DNA from: an uncultured Pseudomonadota bacterium
GTDB lineage: Bacteria > Vulcanimicrobiota > Vulcanimicrobiia > Eremiobacterales > Eremiobacteraceae
DNA length: 64,000 nt
Assembly: GCA_963736005.1 (NCBI GenBank)
Contig: CAVTNB010000001.1
Location: 1,120,001 to 1,184,000, forward strand
Direction of reading: 5' to 3'
The number at the start of each line of letters is the position of its first letter. Position 1 is the stretch's first letter. The notes below the pieces were generated by a model that was given only the letters and a program-made list of their open reading frames with translations, had not been told where the DNA came from and did not search any database. The position numbers were made by a program, and so were the translations under genes. Shown one piece after another: positions 28,534 through 39,034 of the stretch.

Positions 28534-29949
28534 ATGAGTGTAATCCCAAACGTGAAGGCGCTGGAAAGCGCCGTCTTTGCTTCGGTCGAGGATAGGCTCA
28601 GCGCGCTGCTGGAGTTTGGCCTTGGGCTTGCACCGACGGCGACGAATCTCACTGCCTTCGTAGAGCAGTGCCGACATCGCGCGGCGGGCCTCGGTATTCC
28701 CGAGTTGGGCTATTACGATTTGCTTGCGGCTGGAGGTCCCTCTGCCCGCACCGAGTGGATGGCCCTCTCTCCCGTGCTGACCGTTGGCGAAACCTTTCTG
28801 TTTCGCGATACCGCGTTGTGGAAGCTCATCGAGCAACGCCTGCTGCCTGACCTCGCCAAGCTCACACGACCGGTGTGGCTGTGGAGCGCGGGATGCTCGA
28901 CGGGCGAAGAAGCCTACACCCTTGCGCTCGTCGCTCGCCGATCGTTGCCCCAAAGGGGGTTCTCCGTCCTTGGCACCGACGTCAATCCAAAAGCCGTCGC
29001 CGCAGCGAGGGTTGGCGTCTATACGCAATGGTCGCTGCGAGGCGTCGAACACACGCAGCTCGACGGTCTCATCATCTCCGGCACGCAAACCGTGCGCGTG
29101 CACGATGACATCAAACACGACGTGCGCTTCGAAACGCACAATTTGCTCGATGAGAATGCCTACCCACCGTCAGGTATGTCGTCATTTGAATGCATTATCT
29201 GCCGCAACGTTCTCATCTACATGACCGCTGCTGCTCGATCGAAGATCATCGAGAAGCTTGCATCCTGTTTGACCCCCGGTGGCGTGTTGGTGCTCGGTCA
29301 CGGGGAAGCGACGGGCGTTCCCCTCTCGGGCTTAGTCGTCGAACGGCATGACGCGGGCGTCGTGTATCGCAAACCGCTGTACCAGCCGGAGATTGTCGCG
29401 GCAAAGGCGCCTCAAAAACTTGCCTCACGAAAAGCGACCCCGAAAATAAAGGACGCCCCTCGACCCCATAAATCGTTGGCGCGGCCCAAGAGCGCGACGA
29501 AGCTGCCCGAAGCGAAGCTTGCTGCGGGTACCAACCAAGCTGAACGCTGCCGCTCCCTGCTTGCGGTTGCCGCTCGAGCGGCCCGCGCCGGACAGATCGA
29601 TGCGGCCGAGCGCAATGCCGCGCTTGCCATGGCTGCGAACCCGCTCGATCCAGAGCCCCACGTCCTTCTTGCAGCGCTCTACGCCGCTCGGGATGGTTTC
29701 AAGCAGGCCGAGACCGCTTTGCGCCGTGCGCTTTTCCTGGACCCAGCGTGCATTCCGGCATTGTGGCAACTGGGCACGTTGTACCGCATCACCAACCGCG
29801 ATCGCCATGCAGCGCACACGTTTGCTCGCCTGCTCGCGCGACTTGAAGGCCTCCCCCCCGATCAGGAGGCACTGCCGTTCGACAACCTCACGGTCGGCGA
29901 GGTAACGACTCTGTTGCGCGCCGCGCTAGGAGAGCCACTCAATGCGTGA
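28534..29949 (+). CDS. cheR: CheR methyltransferase with C-terminal TPR (WspC-like)
   Basis: LTVGETFLFRD, WSAGCSTGEEAYT, ICRNVLIY; TPR with ALFLDP. Confidence 0.9.
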   Translation: MSVIPNVKALESAVFASVEDRLSALLEFGLGLAPTATNLTAFVEQCRHRAAGLGIPELGYYDLLAAGGPSARTEWMALSPVLTVGETFLFRDTALWKLIEQRLLPDLAKLTRPVWLWSAGCSTGEEAYTLALVARRSLPQRGFSVLGTDVNPKAVAAARVGVYTQWSLRGVEHTQLDGLIISGTQTVRVHDDIKHDVRFETHNLLDENAYPPSGMSSFECIICRNVLIYMTAAARSKIIEKLASCLTPGGVLVLGHGEATGVPLSGLVVERHDAGVVYRKPLYQPEIVAAKAPQKLASRKATPKIKDAPRPHKSLARPKSATKLPEAKLAAGTNQAERCRSLLAVAARAARAGQIDAAERNAALAMAANPLDPEPHVLLAALYAARDGFKQAETALRRALFLDPACIPALWQLGTLYRITNRDRHAAHTFARLLARLEGLPPDQEALPFDNLTVGEVTTLLRAALGEPLNA

Positions 29950-30964
29950 CGCGTCGAGGGACTCAAGCTCACCCGTCGTCACCGCCGCGCATACGCATCT
30001 GCTCGCGCGGGTTGGGAAATATACCATAGCAATTCCCATTGGTATCGTCATTTCGATCCATGAGGCACCGCTTATATTTCCGGTCCCCTGTGCGCAGCCG
30101 GGCATTGCGGGAGCGATTCGCTTCGCTGGCATTGCTGTGCCGGTTTTCGACTTGCGCCGTAGCCTCCGCCTCGAGCAGCGTGCGATCGCACGCAGCGACC
30201 GACTCGTTCTCGTTGACGTCAGCGTGCGGATGATGGCTTTGATTGTGGATGAGGTTCTCGAGTTCATCGCTATAGAGCACGTCACCGAGGAGGGCATCGA
30301 CGGGCTCTTCCGCGACACCCCCGTCAACGCAAACATCATCGCAGGAATTGCGAGCGCACCCGAGCTGTGCGCGGTGATCGAACCCGCCGGTATTGTGCAG
30401 CCTGACGAGTGGGATTCCCAGACGACTCAAAGCGTCTACGATGAGGATGTGAGCGAATCACACCCGCTCTGGGCAAGAACGCTGGCGCTTGCAGAAATAC
30501 CGAAGGCACCCGCCGCAAGTGGTATCGAAGCGGCGATTTGCCAGATAGCCGGTCAGCGTTTTGCCGTCGCCTTGCCGGCCGTCGTCGAATTCTTCACCGC
30601 GGCCTCGCATGCCCCGATTCCCGTGCGCTCCGCCATCGCCGTTTCACTCCTGAACCGCCGCGGCGAGGCGGTCATGCTGTTCGATCCTCGCCCTATTTTG
30701 GGCTTGCCGCCCGCGCCGCTGCCACTTTCCGTTGATGGCATGGTGTTGTCGTGCGACCAGTACGTCATGGCATTGCCCGTCGACAAACTCGAAGGGCTCG
30801 GCGTGCTGACGAGCGTGGATTCAAGCATAAAGCCTGGGCGCTTTTGCGTGTCCGTTCATCCCAGCGAGCAAGGTGCCGTCCTGCTCTTAGATGTCCCCGC
30901 ATTTTTACATCACGTGCAATCTGCGTTCGGCAATCGGCCGCCGGTTGTCAACGCGGTTGCCTAA
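29942..30964 (+). CDS. cheW: Tandem CheW-CheW protein
   Basis: Two CheW domains (VPVFDLRR...ALIVDEV and [12 protein letters not shown]...ALPVD). Confidence 0.8.
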   Translation: MRDASRDSSSPVVTAAHTHLLARVGKYTIAIPIGIVISIHEAPLIFPVPCAQPGIAGAIRFAGIAVPVFDLRRSLRLEQRAIARSDRLVLVDVSVRMMALIVDEVLEFIAIEHVTEEGIDGLFRDTPVNANIIAGIASAPELCAVIEPAGIVQPDEWDSQTTQSVYDEDVSESHPLWARTLALAEIPKAPAASGIEAAICQIAGQRFAVALPAVVEFFTAASHAPIPVRSAIAVSLLNRRGEAVMLFDPRPILGLPPAPLPLSVDGMVLSCDQYVMALPVDKLEGLGVLTSVDSSIKPGRFCVSVHPSEQGAVLLLDVPAFLHHVQSAFGNRPPVVNAVA

Positions 30965-31010
30965 AGAGAGCGGACCGCAACGTCCGCCGCCACGCTCACA
31001 AGGAGTTGTC

Positions 31011-32675
31011 ATGAAAGCTCACGGTACGCTCAGCAGTTTGCACGAGAGGTTTTTCAAAGAGAAAACGATCAGCCGGCGCATTTGGAGCATGGTGCTCTTG
31101 ATGAGCGTCATCGTCGCCGTCCAAATCATGCTCGTTATCGCACTGCCGAAAGTGATCTTCAATCAGGAGCGCAGCATCATCGATAGCCTCGAGCCCATCA
31201 TTCTGACGAGCACCGACGTGCGCGGCGATGTCTTGAGCATGATTGGCGGCGCCGCGCAGTGGGGTCTCACAGGCAAGCCGACTGATTTGGTCTTGTATCG
31301 CGATGGCTTGGCGGCATTGCCCAACGACATTACCACCTTGAAGATGGTCGGCAACGCGAACGGCAGCCGTGACCTAGACGACAAAATCGACGCCCTTGCT
31401 TCAGCTGCGCAAGACGAATTTACGACCGTGCAGGCCATCGTTTCAGGCGCTGACGTCAACCCGGCGAACATCAAACGTCAAGTGACGGCCGGCTTCAATG
31501 CCGAGCGCGAACAGCTCTCCCAATTCATGAAGGCGGAGCGCGACCTCAATCTCGCTGTCGAAAATGAACGATCCGTGCGCGAGCATCAGGCAGCCACGCT
31601 CATGACCATCCTTGTGCTGTTCCTCGTCGCGACGTCCCTTATGGTTGCGGGTATTGCTTTCTATGTTGCCAAGCGAAACGTTGAAGCGGTAACCAACGCC
31701 GCGCGAGCACTTTCTGATGTCTCCAACGCCATCGCCTCGGGCGATTTCACCGGGCGCGTTGACCTGCGGAGCGAAGATGAACTCGAGCTCTTGGGCGCTG
31801 CGTTGAACAACATGGTGGAAAAGCTCGGTGTCTCGCTCCAGCAAGTGCAAAGTACGGTCAACGAATCGACGGTCGCGGTCATGCAAATCGCCACAACGGC
31901 GCAAGAGCAGGAGCGCATGACCACGCAGCAATCAGTGGCGATGAGCGAGATCTCTCAAACGATTCAAGAGCTGAACTCGTCGTCGCAAAACACTGCTTCG
32001 CAAGCGGAATCGATCTCGGCCAAGTCGCTCGAAAGCGCCGACATTGCTCGACGTGGTCGCTCCGACGTGGAAACAAACGTGTCGATGATGCTCGCGCTGC
32101 GTGACCGTTTTCGCCAGACCAGCGACCGAATCGCGCATCTTTCCGAGCAAATCACGCAGATCGGAACGATCACGCGAACGGTGGCGGACTTCGCGGCTCA
32201 GACGAACCTCCTCGCGCTCAACGCGGCAGTGGAGGCGGCGCGCGCGGGCGAGCAGGGGCGCGGCTTCGCCGTGGTCGCGGCAGAAATCCGCAAACTGGCT
32301 GACCAAAGCAAGACCGCGACCGAGCGCATCGATGCGCTGACCCGCGAAGTGCAACGAGCATCCGATGAATCGGTCATGGCGATGATCGAGGGCGGCCGAA
32401 ACGTCGATGAAAACGCGAGCCACGCAGCGCAGACAGGTCAGGCGATCGCGGAAATCATCGAAACCCTGCAGCATACCGTTGAATCGATGCAAGAGATAGC
32501 GCTTGCCGCCAAGCAGCAATCGCACAGCATCGAGCAAGTCACGCAAAGCATTACCGGCGTGAACGCCGCTATGCGCGACACGGTTGCGGCAACGAGTCAG
32601 ACGCAAGAGGCCACGCAGCGACTCAATGACCTGGCGCTTGGACTCAAGCACATGGTAGCGGCGTACCGCATCTAA
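31011..32675 (+). CDS. Methyl-accepting chemotaxis protein (2 TM, HAMP)
   Basis: [42 protein letters not shown]. Confidence 0.95.
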   Translation: MKAHGTLSSLHERFFKEKTISRRIWSMVLLMSVIVAVQIMLVIALPKVIFNQERSIIDSLEPIILTSTDVRGDVLSMIGGAAQWGLTGKPTDLVLYRDGLAALPNDITTLKMVGNANGSRDLDDKIDALASAAQDEFTTVQAIVSGADVNPANIKRQVTAGFNAEREQLSQFMKAERDLNLAVENERSVREHQAATLMTILVLFLVATSLMVAGIAFYVAKRNVEAVTNAARALSDVSNAIASGDFTGRVDLRSEDELELLGAALNNMVEKLGVSLQQVQSTVNESTVAVMQIATTAQEQERMTTQQSVAMSEISQTIQELNSSSQNTASQAESISAKSLESADIARRGRSDVETNVSMMLALRDRFRQTSDRIAHLSEQITQIGTITRTVADFAAQTNLLALNAAVEAARAGEQGRGFAVVAAEIRKLADQSKTATERIDALTREVQRASDESVMAMIEGGRNVDENASHAAQTGQAIAEIIETLQHTVESMQEIALAAKQQSHSIEQVTQSITGVNAAMRDTVAATSQTQEATQRLNDLALGLKHMVAAYRI

Positions 32676-32678
32676 CGC

Positions 32679-34847
32679 ATGGCGATGGATGCAACCCCTG
32701 CGGAACTCGCAGAGCTCAAAAGCGTTTTCAAAGCGGAGTGTGAAGAGCACCTCACGGCGCTCGACAGCTTGTTGCTCAAACTAGAACAGGCGCCGCAAAA
32801 CACGCTCGTGCTGCAAGAGACCTTCCGTCGCGTCCACAGCATCAAGGGAGCCGCGCGGATGGTGGGATATGCGGGGCTGGAGTCCGTTGCGCATGCGATG
32901 GAAACCATGCTGGCGGGCGCGCGCGACGGCCGCCAGAGTCTCACGGCAACCCTGATTTCTGCGCTTTTCGAAGGCGCGGATGCCATGAGCGATCTCATTC
33001 GGACCGATACCGGCCGCGCTGACAGCGAACAGCGTGTGCGCGACGCGCTCGAGCGCATTCTGTTGCTCAGCGGAGATGCGGGTGAAGCAGCCGCGGCGCT
33101 CGATCGGACCCCGCATGCCGCCGTCAGCGACGCTGTGCCAGCCTACGGCCAGGACGTCGTTCGGGTCAGTGCGCAAAAGGTCGACAGTCTGCTTGCGTTT
33201 CCCGGAGAGCTCATGCGCGAGCTCATGGGAGAAGAACGAGAATTGCGCGAGCTGTCGCTCCTCGTGGAGAATTTCTTCGACGCAGCAGACGGAGTGCGCT
33301 CAAACGTTGACCAGCAACGCCGCCAAGCCGCCCTCGAGCGCATGCTTGCGCTGGTCGTCAAACGCCGGGAGCGAGTCCGTTCCCTTATGACGCAAATCGG
33401 GGAGCGCAGTTTGCGAAGGTCTCGAACGCTCGAAGACTTACGCCACGGTCTCGCCGGATTGAGCATGCTGCCGTTCCAAACGATTCTCACCGGCATGCCG
33501 CGCTTGGTGCGCGACACCGCGCTCGCCCAAGGCAAGCGCGTCGAGCTCCGCGTCCTCGGCGCCGAAGTCGAAATTGGTAAGAGCGTGCTCGAAAAACTGA
33601 TGGAGCCGCTCATTCAACTTGTCAAAAACGCAATCGCTCACGGCATTGAAACACCCGAACGGCGCATGGCGCGTGACAAAAACCCAGTCGGCACGGTCAC
33701 GATCAGCGTCACGACCGGTACGGCTAGCGCCACCATTGCTATTGAAGATGATGGTGAAGGAGTCGACCTCGCTCGCATTCGCGCTGCAATTGTCGCCGAA
33801 AACTACGCGAGCGAAGCCGAAGCGGCCACAATGACTGAAGCCAAACTGCTCAGCCATCTCTTCAAGCCGGGCTTTTCGACAAGCGAGCGCGCCGACGCGA
33901 TCGCCGGCCGGGGCGTGGGCTTGGACATCGTCGCCGAACGGGTCAATTTCTTGCGCGGCAGCTATCGTTTGGAAACGCATCCGGGACGGGGGTTTAGCTT
34001 CCATCTAACCGTTCCCGTCAACTTGCTATGGTCTTCCGTCCTCGCGATCAAAGCCGGAGAGTATGAGGCCTGCTTGCGGCTAGCCGACATTCGGGAGGCA
34101 ATGATTTTGCGACCAAGTGACGTCGTCCACATCGACAATCATCTGTGCGCCACGGTCCGCGGCGAAGCTATTCCTCTGCTGCCACTGTCGTTCGTTGGTG
34201 GCGGCGACGCCGAGATCACCTTCGGCTTGGATAGCCAGATCACGGCGATCGTCGTGGAATACGGCGAACGTCGAGCGGCCTTCATCATCGACGAACTCGC
34301 GGGCGTCTCCGACGTCATCGTCAAGTCTTTACCCAAACCACTCGGCACGCTTCCTGGGATCGCGGGCTATACGATTCTGTCATCAGGCCGGTCCGTGTGC
34401 GTCCTCGATGGAGAGTTTTTGGTTGAGGCTGCATACCAGTACAAGACTGCTGGTCGCGTGCGCCACATACAGCCGGCAGTCAAGCGCGCGGTTCTCATCG
34501 TCGAAGACTCCATGACCACCAGGACGCTTCTGCGCAATATTATGATCGGCGCGGGATATGATGTCGACACGTCCGTGGACGGCGCAGATGCTTGGGCAAA
34601 GATTCAGCAGCGGCGGTACCACTGCATTGTGAGCGACATCGAGATGCCCAATATGAACGGCTGGGATCTCTGCTCGCGTGTCAAGCGCGACTCGGCTTCC
34701 GCAGACGTTCCCTTCGTGCTCATTACGTCGCTTTCAAAGGATGAGGAGCGTCAGCGCGGACTCGAGCTTGGTGCCGACGCCTACATGGTCAAAGGACTCT
34801 TCAACGAGCAAGAGCTGCTCGATACCGTTGAAAGGCTCGTCGCTTGA
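32679..34847 (+). CDS. cheA: CheA-type hybrid histidine kinase with CheW and REC domains (WspE-like)
   Basis: HPt FRRVHSIKG, EDDGEG, FKPGFST, GRGVGLD and a C-terminal receiver domain. Confidence 0.93.
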   Translation: MAMDATPAELAELKSVFKAECEEHLTALDSLLLKLEQAPQNTLVLQETFRRVHSIKGAARMVGYAGLESVAHAMETMLAGARDGRQSLTATLISALFEGADAMSDLIRTDTGRADSEQRVRDALERILLLSGDAGEAAAALDRTPHAAVSDAVPAYGQDVVRVSAQKVDSLLAFPGELMRELMGEERELRELSLLVENFFDAADGVRSNVDQQRRQAALERMLALVVKRRERVRSLMTQIGERSLRRSRTLEDLRHGLAGLSMLPFQTILTGMPRLVRDTALAQGKRVELRVLGAEVEIGKSVLEKLMEPLIQLVKNAIAHGIETPERRMARDKNPVGTVTISVTTGTASATIAIEDDGEGVDLARIRAAIVAENYASEAEAATMTEAKLLSHLFKPGFSTSERADAIAGRGVGLDIVAERVNFLRGSYRLETHPGRGFSFHLTVPVNLLWSSVLAIKAGEYEACLRLADIREAMILRPSDVVHIDNHLCATVRGEAIPLLPLSFVGGGDAEITFGLDSQITAIVVEYGERRAAFIIDELAGVSDVIVKSLPKPLGTLPGIAGYTILSSGRSVCVLDGEFLVEAAYQYKTAGRVRHIQPAVKRAVLIVEDSMTTRTLLRNIMIGAGYDVDTSVDGADAWAKIQQRRYHCIVSDIEMPNMNGWDLCSRVKRDSASADVPFVLITSLSKDEERQRGLELGADAYMVKGLFNEQELLDTVERLVA

Positions 34848-35902
34848 CCAAGGCTCGCTGGGCTCGCGTCCTCATTGTCGAAGACTCGCCCACAGCGGCC
34901 CGTTTGCTCGTTGATGGCATCAGCCGCGACCCCAGGCTTGCGGTTGCCGGTGTTGCGCTCACGGCGACCGAAGCGGCTTCCCTCGCCGACCAATTGCGCC
35001 CCGACGTGATCACGGTGGATCTCATGCTGCCGGATGAGACCGGCCTTGACGTCATTTTGCGGGTGTTGCGCAAGCGTTACGTTCCCATCATCGTCGTCAG
35101 CGCCTTGCCGCAGAATGGATCGAGCTTGGCATTCCGCTCCCTGCTTGCCGGTGCGGCGGATATCGTTCCAAAGCCATCTGGTAGCCCCGCTGCGATGGTC
35201 GAGTTCTTTGAGGACCTCAACGAACGGATTGCGTTACTCGCATCGGCGACGGCACCTCCGCCTTCCGCGCGGTCGCCCTTACCCTCGCCCAAGCGCAAGA
35301 TCCAACCAAACGGTGCGACCGTTGGGTGCGTGGTCGTCGGAGCTTCCACTGGCGGACCTACCGCGCTCGTGGAGTTTTTAAGCGGCCTCGGAGCGGACTT
35401 TCCAGCGCCGGTCGTCGTCGTCCAACACATAGCCGCCCCATTTGTCGAGGGGCTGGTAAGATGGCTCAATCAAGAAACGCCCTTATCCGTGAAGCTCGCG
35501 TCCGATGGGGATGTTCTCGAGCCCGGGTGCGCCTATGTGGCCCCGGCTTCCGCCGACCTCCTCATTAAGAGCGGTGGGCGCTTGTCGGTGACGAGCGTGC
35601 TGCCCGATCGAACACACATCGCTCCATCAGCCGATGCCCTGTTTGAATCCGCAGCCGAAACCTATAAGTCACGGCTAGCGGCAGTGCTTCTCTCAGGAAT
35701 GGGGAAGGATGGCGCCGCGGGTCTTCTCAAAGTGCGCAGCAAGGGTGGCAAGACATTTGCGCAAGACCGCGAGAGCTGTACGATCTTTGGCATGCCAGAC
35801 GCGGCGGGCCGCATGGGGGCGGTCGAAGCCTTTGCTGAACCCCGCGGGATCGCCGCTCATCTACGTAAGCTCGTCGAAAGATCGGAAAGGATGCACGAAT
35901 GA
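34844..35902 (+). CDS. cheB: CheB methylesterase (REC + esterase)
   Basis: GASTGGP, VVQH and SGMGKDGA. Confidence 0.93.
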   Translation: MTKARWARVLIVEDSPTAARLLVDGISRDPRLAVAGVALTATEAASLADQLRPDVITVDLMLPDETGLDVILRVLRKRYVPIIVVSALPQNGSSLAFRSLLAGAADIVPKPSGSPAAMVEFFEDLNERIALLASATAPPPSARSPLPSPKRKIQPNGATVGCVVVGASTGGPTALVEFLSGLGADFPAPVVVVQHIAAPFVEGLVRWLNQETPLSVKLASDGDVLEPGCAYVAPASADLLIKSGGRLSVTSVLPDRTHIAPSADALFESAAETYKSRLAAVLLSGMGKDGAAGLLKVRSKGGKTFAQDRESCTIFGMPDAAGRMGAVEAFAEPRGIAAHLRKLVERSERMHE

Positions 35903-36288
35903 GCAAAACCGTTTTGCTCGTTGATGACAGCGTCACACAATCGTTTCACTTGAAGTTGGCGCTCGTCCGCGCAGGCTTTAAAGTTGTTACGGCGGCCGAT
36001 GGCCGGAGCGCCCTCAAACATCTCGACAGTGAGAACGTCGATGTCGTGCTGGCGGACGTCATCATGCCAATGATGGATGGATACGAACTGTGCCGTCAGA
36101 TCAAGGACAGTCCCAAGCATGGAAAGCTTCCGGTGATCTTGATGAGTGCGCTCGGTGAAACCCACGACCAATATTGGCGCCAGCATGCCGGGGCCGATCT
36201 CTATGTTGCCAAGACCGCGGATGCGAGCAAGCTCATCAAGGCCATTGAGGATCTCCTCGCCGGCAAACCCGTCCAAAGCGAGACCTAA
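35899..36288 (+). CDS. Single-domain response regulator (CheY/PilH-like)
   Basis: LVDDS, DVIMPMMDGYELC and GADLYVAK. Confidence 0.9.
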   Translation: MSKTVLLVDDSVTQSFHLKLALVRAGFKVVTAADGRSALKHLDSENVDVVLADVIMPMMDGYELCRQIKDSPKHGKLPVILMSALGETHDQYWRQHAGADLYVAKTADASKLIKAIEDLLAGKPVQSET

Positions 36289-36320
36289 TTTCGGGGCGAT
36301 TGGAAAATCGCCCCGAAATT
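36287..36320. terminator. REP family B-derived hairpin between convergent genes
   Basis: AATTTCGGGGCGATT-GGAA-AATCGCCCCGAAATT. Confidence 0.6.
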
Positions 36321-37023
36321 AGAGGCGACTGGGAGGGAATAGCAGGTCGAGCCCGCGTCGCACGATCAACACCGCTCCCATGACGACGATCGCCCATCCG
36401 AAGAAGTTGACCGCGATCCCCTGCTTCATCCCCATACCCAACCACTTCGCACCCAAGAAAACGAGCAACCCGCCAAAGAGCAGCCAAGCCACGTTTGTCA
36501 GCCGGTTCGAGCGCTCGTAGAGGGGCTGCTCTTGCCTGCGCACGGAGGACGTCGCCGGGGTTCGTTCCTGCACAATCTGCATTTGCTGTACACGCATATC
36601 CAGCGCCAACGGAGTTCGTGTGTGCGGACGCTCTTGAAGGTACAAGGCCAGCGCGTCGGGATCGCTCAGGCGCTCGAAATCATCCGGCGGGGTCGAACAC
36701 GACGTTCGCGTCACGGGGCAGCTTCGATCGATGACCAAGCGATACTCCTCGCTGCCGCTGCACACGATGATGCGCTCTCCGTCGAAGCGAAGACCATCCG
36801 CGGACATCGAACCTTGAGGCCATGTTGCATCGCTTCGGGGGAATTGTTCGCGAGCGGTTGCGACGAACTGAAGGAAATCTGCTTCGATGCCGCGCGGACG
36901 TCCGCTCGCGTTGTTGCGCACGCCTAAAATTACGACACAGGGGAAGGTTTTTTCAGCCGGCAACTGGGTCGTGAACTTACCCAGTGTCTTTGCATAGGAG
37001 ACGAGAAGCTCAGGACTCTTCAT
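36319..37023 (-). CDS. Hypothetical protein with two C-terminal TM helices
   Basis: ATG overlaps the end of nadK; hydrophobic C-terminus. Confidence 0.6.
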   Translation of the reverse strand: MKSPELLVSYAKTLGKFTTQLPAEKTFPCVVILGVRNNASGRPRGIEADFLQFVATAREQFPRSDATWPQGSMSADGLRFDGERIIVCSGSEEYRLVIDRSCPVTRTSCSTPPDDFERLSDPDALALYLQERPHTRTPLALDMRVQQMQIVQERTPATSSVRRQEQPLYERSNRLTNVAWLLFGGLLVFLGAKWLGMGMKQGIAVNFFGWAIVVMGAVLIVRRGLDLLFPPSRL

Positions 37024-37897
37024 CGATGCCGTGCTTGATCGACATGCCCCAGTGAAGTTTACGCTCGAGCGTTTGGAAAAAATATCCGCGGTCGAGCCGC
37101 ACGAACTCGACCGGCTGCGGTGCGCGCACGACCTCAACGGTTGCCCCGGCCGCTAACTCCACAGCCGGCTGACCGTCGATAAAGAGCTGGGCGCCCTTAC
37201 TGTCGGGCGGCAACACAATCTGGATGGTTTCATCCGCGCTGACGATGAGCGGACGCGAAAACAGCGTGTGCGGACAAATCGGAGCGATGCCAACCGCTGC
37301 AAGTTTCGGCGACATAATCGGTCCGCCGGCGGACAGAAAATACGCCGTCGACCCGGTTGGGCTTGCCACGACGATGCCATCTGCTGGAATCGTCGCGATG
37401 TGCGCACCGCTTAAGACAATGCCGAAGTTTACGATGTGTCCTTGGTGCTTGCGATCGATGTGAATGTCGTTCACCGCGTAAAAATGCTCGCTTGCGCCCA
37501 GCACGCGAGCGTCCAGCGCGAGATGCGATTCGGTGCGGGCTCCATTTTTGAGAATCGATTCCAGCGCCGTTTCGTAACCCGATCGTCCAACCTCAGTGAG
37601 GAATCCCACGCGGCCAAAGTCAACGCCGAGCAGCGGGATCCCCAGTGGGCCTGCCAGATGAGCGGCTTGCAAGAGCGTTCCATCGCCGCCGAGCGACACA
37701 AGCAAATCGGCCGACTGCGGAAATTTTTCCGTGCTGGCCGCTCCGTTGAGCCCAAGCTCCCTCGCCTGGTTGGGACGTACTTGCAGGGCCACGCTGTTGC
37801 GCAAAGCTACCTGCGCCACAGATCGGGCAGCTTGCACGGCGGCTTTGCGGCGCACGTCGACATACAGCGCCATGTTCGCGATCTTCTTGGTCGTCAT
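37010..37897 (-). CDS. nadK: NAD kinase
   Basis: LGGDGT, AVND and ADGIVVASPTGSTAY. Confidence 0.95.
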   Translation of the reverse strand: MTTKKIANMALYVDVRRKAAVQAARSVAQVALRNSVALQVRPNQARELGLNGAASTEKFPQSADLLVSLGGDGTLLQAAHLAGPLGIPLLGVDFGRVGFLTEVGRSGYETALESILKNGARTESHLALDARVLGASEHFYAVNDIHIDRKHQGHIVNFGIVLSGAHIATIPADGIVVASPTGSTAYFLSAGGPIMSPKLAAVGIAPICPHTLFSRPLIVSADETIQIVLPPDSKGAQLFIDGQPAVELAAGATVEVVRAPQPVEFVRLDRGYFFQTLERKLHWGMSIKHGIDEES

Positions 37898-38709
37898 CGG
37901 TCGAGCGTTTCGTGGGCTGTTCGCACGACCCCCTCAATCTCAATTCGGGCGATTTTCCAATCGCCCGCTACAACGTCTTCCACGCGGGTGGCTCCGAGGA
38001 GAAACTCGATATTGCCCGCGGGCCCCTTGATCGGGGAATACGTCAGGTGCGTGCACCGCAAACCTGCGCGTTCGAATGCGGTGATGACACTCGCGATGGC
38101 CGCCTCCTGGGCTTGCGGATCGCGCACAACGCCACCCCGCCCGACAGCTTCGCGGCCGGCCTCGAACTGGGGCTTGATCAAGGCAACCATTCGACCGCCG
38201 GCCGCAAGCGCGCCCGCGAACTGCATCGCGAGCTTCGCGAGCGAAATAAAAGATACGTCGGCGCAGGCAAAATCAAACGGTGCTCCGAGAGCGGACGGGT
38301 CGGCGTGTCGAAAATTGGTGCGCTCGATAGGCCGGACTCGGGGGTCCTGACGTAACCGCCACGCCAACAGCCCGTAACCGACATCCACCGCAGCGACAGA
38401 CACCGCACCTCGTTGTAAAAGGCAGTCGGTAAAGCCGCCGGTCGACGCGCCAACATCGAGACAACGCAGTCCTTCGACGGACCAGCCAAAGACGTCCAAC
38501 GCTCGCTCGAGTTTGTACCCGCCACGGCTCGCGAAACGTTCGTGCGTGGAAACTTCGATCGTGGCGCCTTGGGGAACGATCCCACCAGCCTTGCGTCGCG
38601 TTTCCCCATTGACTTTCACGTCACCAGCAAGGATGAGCGCTTGCGCCCGCTCGCGCGAGACTGCGGCCGCTTTGGACACGGCTACGTCAAGGCGCGTCTT
38701 CTCGGGCAT
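37894..38709 (-). CDS. tlyA: TlyA rRNA (cytidine-2'-O)-methyltransferase
   Basis: S4 domain RLD, SRGGYKL, DVGASTGGFTD, DVSFIS and KPQFEAG. Confidence 0.95.
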   Translation of the reverse strand: MPEKTRLDVAVSKAAAVSRERAQALILAGDVKVNGETRRKAGGIVPQGATIEVSTHERFASRGGYKLERALDVFGWSVEGLRCLDVGASTGGFTDCLLQRGAVSVAAVDVGYGLLAWRLRQDPRVRPIERTNFRHADPSALGAPFDFACADVSFISLAKLAMQFAGALAAGGRMVALIKPQFEAGREAVGRGGVVRDPQAQEAAIASVITAFERAGLRCTHLTYSPIKGPAGNIEFLLGATRVEDVVAGDWKIARIEIEGVVRTAHETLDR

Positions 38710-38725
38710 ACCAAGGGCCGTTGTG

Positions 38726-39034
38726 TTAGGCTCCGTCCTCTTCTTCGTGGATTTCTTGATCGACTGTGAGGGCGTCTTCTTCAGCTTCATCATCTGGTGT
38801 CGCGGCGAGCGCCTCTTTTACCGCGAGTTCAGCCTGGACCAGCAAATCGCGGCAGACATTCGCGAGTTTAGTTCCCTCTTTGAAAAGATCCAACGATTTT
38901 GCCAATGGAAGATTCCCATCATCCAGTTGCTCGACGATCTGCTCCAAACGTGCAAGCGCATCCTCAAAATTCGGCTTCGATCGCGGTTGACTTCGCGATT
39001 CTTCTTCACTTCGCTTCGCTGCGCTCTTTGCCAT
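38726..39034 (-). CDS. xseB: Exodeoxyribonuclease VII small subunit
   Basis: FEDALARLEQIVEQLD...LAKSLDLFKEG. Confidence 0.93.
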   Translation of the reverse strand: MAKSAAKRSEEESRSQPRSKPNFEDALARLEQIVEQLDDGNLPLAKSLDLFKEGTKLANVCRDLLVQAELAVKEALAATPDDEAEEDALTVDQEIHEEEDGA

